From Takakia lepidozioides (lineage: Eukaryota > Plantae > Bryophyta), in contig CM060734.1 in assembly GCA_030704615.1 (NCBI GenBank), positions 29,822,001 to 29,886,000 of the forward strand: a DNA stretch of 64,000 nucleotides, given 5' to 3'. A model generated the notes under the pieces. The model was not told the origin of the DNA and searched no databases. It saw nothing but the letters and a program-made list of their open reading frames with translations. Below, one piece after another: positions 61,017 through 64,000 of the stretch. Position 1 is the stretch's first letter; each line of letters starts with the position of its first letter. A program made the translations under genes and the position numbers.

Positions 61017-64000
61017 TTACTGATTTCGACTAGCAAACCTTTGTGAGTGAGCACCTTTTTGACGTTGAGAGTTTCGTGGCGGACTGTGTGTACGAGCCCG
61101 AGGTCTGTCTCTGGTTGACGGAGATGGTTGATCACTACCTGGATAAGTGAGGCCCTCTGGAGGCTGATATCGAGGTAACCTTTCCGGCATAGGAGACCCC
61201 CGTCGCTTCTTCTCTGCCATCTGAACTGCATAGTCTTCTCCCATGTCAAAAGAATTCGGTGAAGAAACAGTTGTATCAGAATCCTCATCGCCTCTCAGGT
61301 GTTTTAATTTTCGAACTTTTTGTGGAATCATCTGGGGCATACAATGCTGTCCTACCATGTCTGGAAGTTTGTATTTTACAACTTGGTGTAACCGCTGAAC
61401 AGCAAAATTGGTGTAGACACTGAGCTCCTTGTCTGTCCAGGTGAGTGGGGTACCAATTACTGGTGCAGCGTGCAAGTATTTCCATGCCACATGTCCCTTA
61501 TAGAAAATGTCATCATGCCGAATTTCTGTGTTGACAAATGGTTCCAGGCCGCTTGAAACCATGAACGAATTTGAGAATCCTTTTGCATCATAACTTTTGG
61601 GTCATATAGGTACATATGAGGTGGCACCGAAGGTAATACCCAATGATCTCCACTGGAATAACTCAGAAAGCGTGTTTGCATCTTTTGTTGCTCAATGTGG
61701 TAACGTACCAGAAAACAAGCAGCGTAGTATAACCCGCATCCCATGACAATACTTGCTACCTCCTTGGTCTTGGTATAAATGAGTCCATGTACAACCTGGA
61801 AAGCAATCAATTCCCTCAACATGGTACCTGCCTTGTGCCAGTATTGTGCAAAGTGATGATCTTCAATATGTCGATTGTTCGGAAGAACTTTAGTCCTAGT
61901 TGCCACTGGCAGCCAAATACGCATGATTTGGTAGTAATGTGCGAATGACTGCGGAGGACTAAATTCTTTCCAAGCCAAATCCAACATGATGGGAATTTGG
62001 TTGAAGGGCATAATCATAGCCCTACTGTACTCCCTTGCAGCTGGAGTTTTAGGTGGGTTAAAAGCGGCATTGCCCCATACCTCCGGCTGTGGTGGTTGTG
62101 GTGTGGTTGTAGTAACCACAGGTTCAGCTACTGGTACAGTGACTTGTTGTGGTGGTGGTGGTACTGGCTCTTGTATCATTGGCATCTCCTGCACCTCCTG
62201 TGAAGACTGAAAAGCCAAAGTTTGGCTTGTAAATAAGAAGCCATTAGCTGTTCCTGAGGGATATAGACTCTTTTGTCGATGTTTGAAGTGAGGTCTTCCA
62301 CTTGAGTCTGCAGTCCGTCTACATCCTCTTGTAACTCTGCTATCCTACTATAGACATTGTCTATAGTAGTTGTGGCAATGTTTTGCACCTGCAGCCTGAG
62401 CTCATTCATCTCGCTTTGGGTGAGCTTTCGTGGTGCTTTGCCCTCTACTGGCCCTTGTGCTAACCAGACCTGCATAAGGCTGTTATCCACCAAGTTGCTT
62501 GTGGTTCCCCTAGAGTTTGCTCCTCTCTTAGCTTGTACAATTCCAACTGCTGTTGTAAAGCCTCCATGCGCTTCGCCTGAGGTTCAACCAATTGCGCATA
62601 AGCAGCAAGTAGATTATTGGCTTCTTCCAAGCCTTGTTATTGACCGCGATTTCATTTCTATTGGCCATGATGGTTTGTTGCAACTCCACAATGTGCTTCT
62701 CTTGATCAGCTTCAATCTGCCTGTATTGCTTGAAAGTATCTTCATTGCGACAGATTGTATTCTTCATATCGACAATGAGCTTCATTTGCTCAACATTCTC
62801 TTCTTCTGCCTTCGTACATTTTTCCGCTTGACTGTTTATTTCTTTTTAGATTGGTCAAGCATAGTTGTGAATGTAGCACATTGTATCGCCATCCTGTCAT
62901 GCACTGTCTGCAACTCCGTATGTAGTGCATTCACTTCTTGCAACTTGCTTTCATGCTGCACCTGCATTTGGTATAGCTGTTGCTTATGTGCTTCGTGCAA
63001 CTGGTCTTGCGCGAGGCCTGCCTCAATCAATTGTTCCTTGGCCAATTGCAAAGCCACTTCTGTATTTCCCAAGTCCTGCTGCATCTTGAGAGTGACCTCT
63101 TCATCGACCTTGTTTGCACACTCAGTGGCTAGTCGAGCCTCAAACTCCTTCCTGAGTTCCTCTCTCAAGGCTGTCAATTGGGTAATTGGAACATGGGATT
63201 TGACATAAGTCCCCAACAAATTAAGTGTCCTGCCTATGGAACTCATCAGCATTGCCTGTTGAGGGTCATCATGGTGAGGTTGCTGCTGTTCCTCCTGATC
63301 TTCAACAGTGTGATGTCTCACGAACCATTCAGGCCATTGTCCCACCGGATTTTCTTCCTGAACTACTTCATCTATCACCGGTGCTACAGTGTCATGACCT
63401 TCCGCCTGTGGTACCTCCGACACAGGTGTGTGTATTATATGCACCTCAGGATTTCCCTTGGGCAACTGTTGCACCTCTGGGATCTTTGTCTCCTTGACCA
63501 GACCAGAATATTCATAGAGAAGGTCCCCCTTCTCCATTTCTGCCACTATCTGTTCTGTAGTTGGAATATCTAACCCTTCTCTTTCCAAATCAATTATTTC
63601 TGGTTGAGCTGCATGGATAACTTGTGACCTTGTGACAAGTCGATCAGCTGGCTGTGATGGTTGTGATACAGAAGTAACTTCCTCCTCCCTCTCTGAAGGT
63701 CCTGCTTCCAGTAATAGCATTTCTCTGTGCTGCTGTGCCCCTTCCTGGCCATGAGCTTGGAAACATTATCATGCGGAATCCGTGAAGCCAGTGGATCCGC
63801 CACTACAGTCTTTCCCCGTCTCTGCCTCTTAGTCTCGGGTTGCCCTGCTAGTCCACCCTCACTGTGTGAAGAGCCTTGCTCTTCCATTGCAGTTGTTTCT
63901 GGCTCAAACACTCCCATTTCCTTTCTTTCTTGCGCATCAAGTATGCCAGAATCAAGGATTATTTGAGCAATGATTGGGCCAGACACTATGATAGGAGACT
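61017..64000 (-). pseudogene. Second copy of the long extra 3' ORF, frameshifted, runs off the right edge
   Basis: ORFs 63594-63986, 62836-63720, 62528-62785, 62176-62493, 61457-62218 and 61017-61562 are homologous to 55910-58560. Confidence 0.8.

Overview
Repeat-dense, intron-containing eukaryotic DNA, most likely from a non-flowering land plant (inferred from PLS-E-DYW PPR debris and plant-type retroelements). It is a nest of transposons with no intact host gene. From left to right it holds: the 5' part of an Ogre/Tat-like Ty3 element inserted into a chromovirus; a scrambled PPR-DYW pseudogene array; three partial copies of a Ty3 retrotransposon whose pol carries a C5-cytosine methyltransferase and (seen in copy B) an integrase-fused PHD finger; two copies of a Mutator-like DNA transposon (MULE), each inserted into that retro family; a LINE fragment; and self-nested Ogre/Tat-like 3' halves. 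The most unusual item is the 11.6-kb MULE at 19540-31130 (9-bp TSD, degenerate TIRs). Opposite its transposase it carries a multi-exon gene with an N-terminal ParB/Srx-like domain and a C-terminal beta-class N4C/N6A-methyltransferase-like fold. The introns of that gene contain arrays of a 24-bp palindrome with compensatory substitutions. This is a candidate ParB/parS-like, transposon-encoded self-recognition or epigenetic module. All domain calls are by-eye motif recognition; no searches were run.
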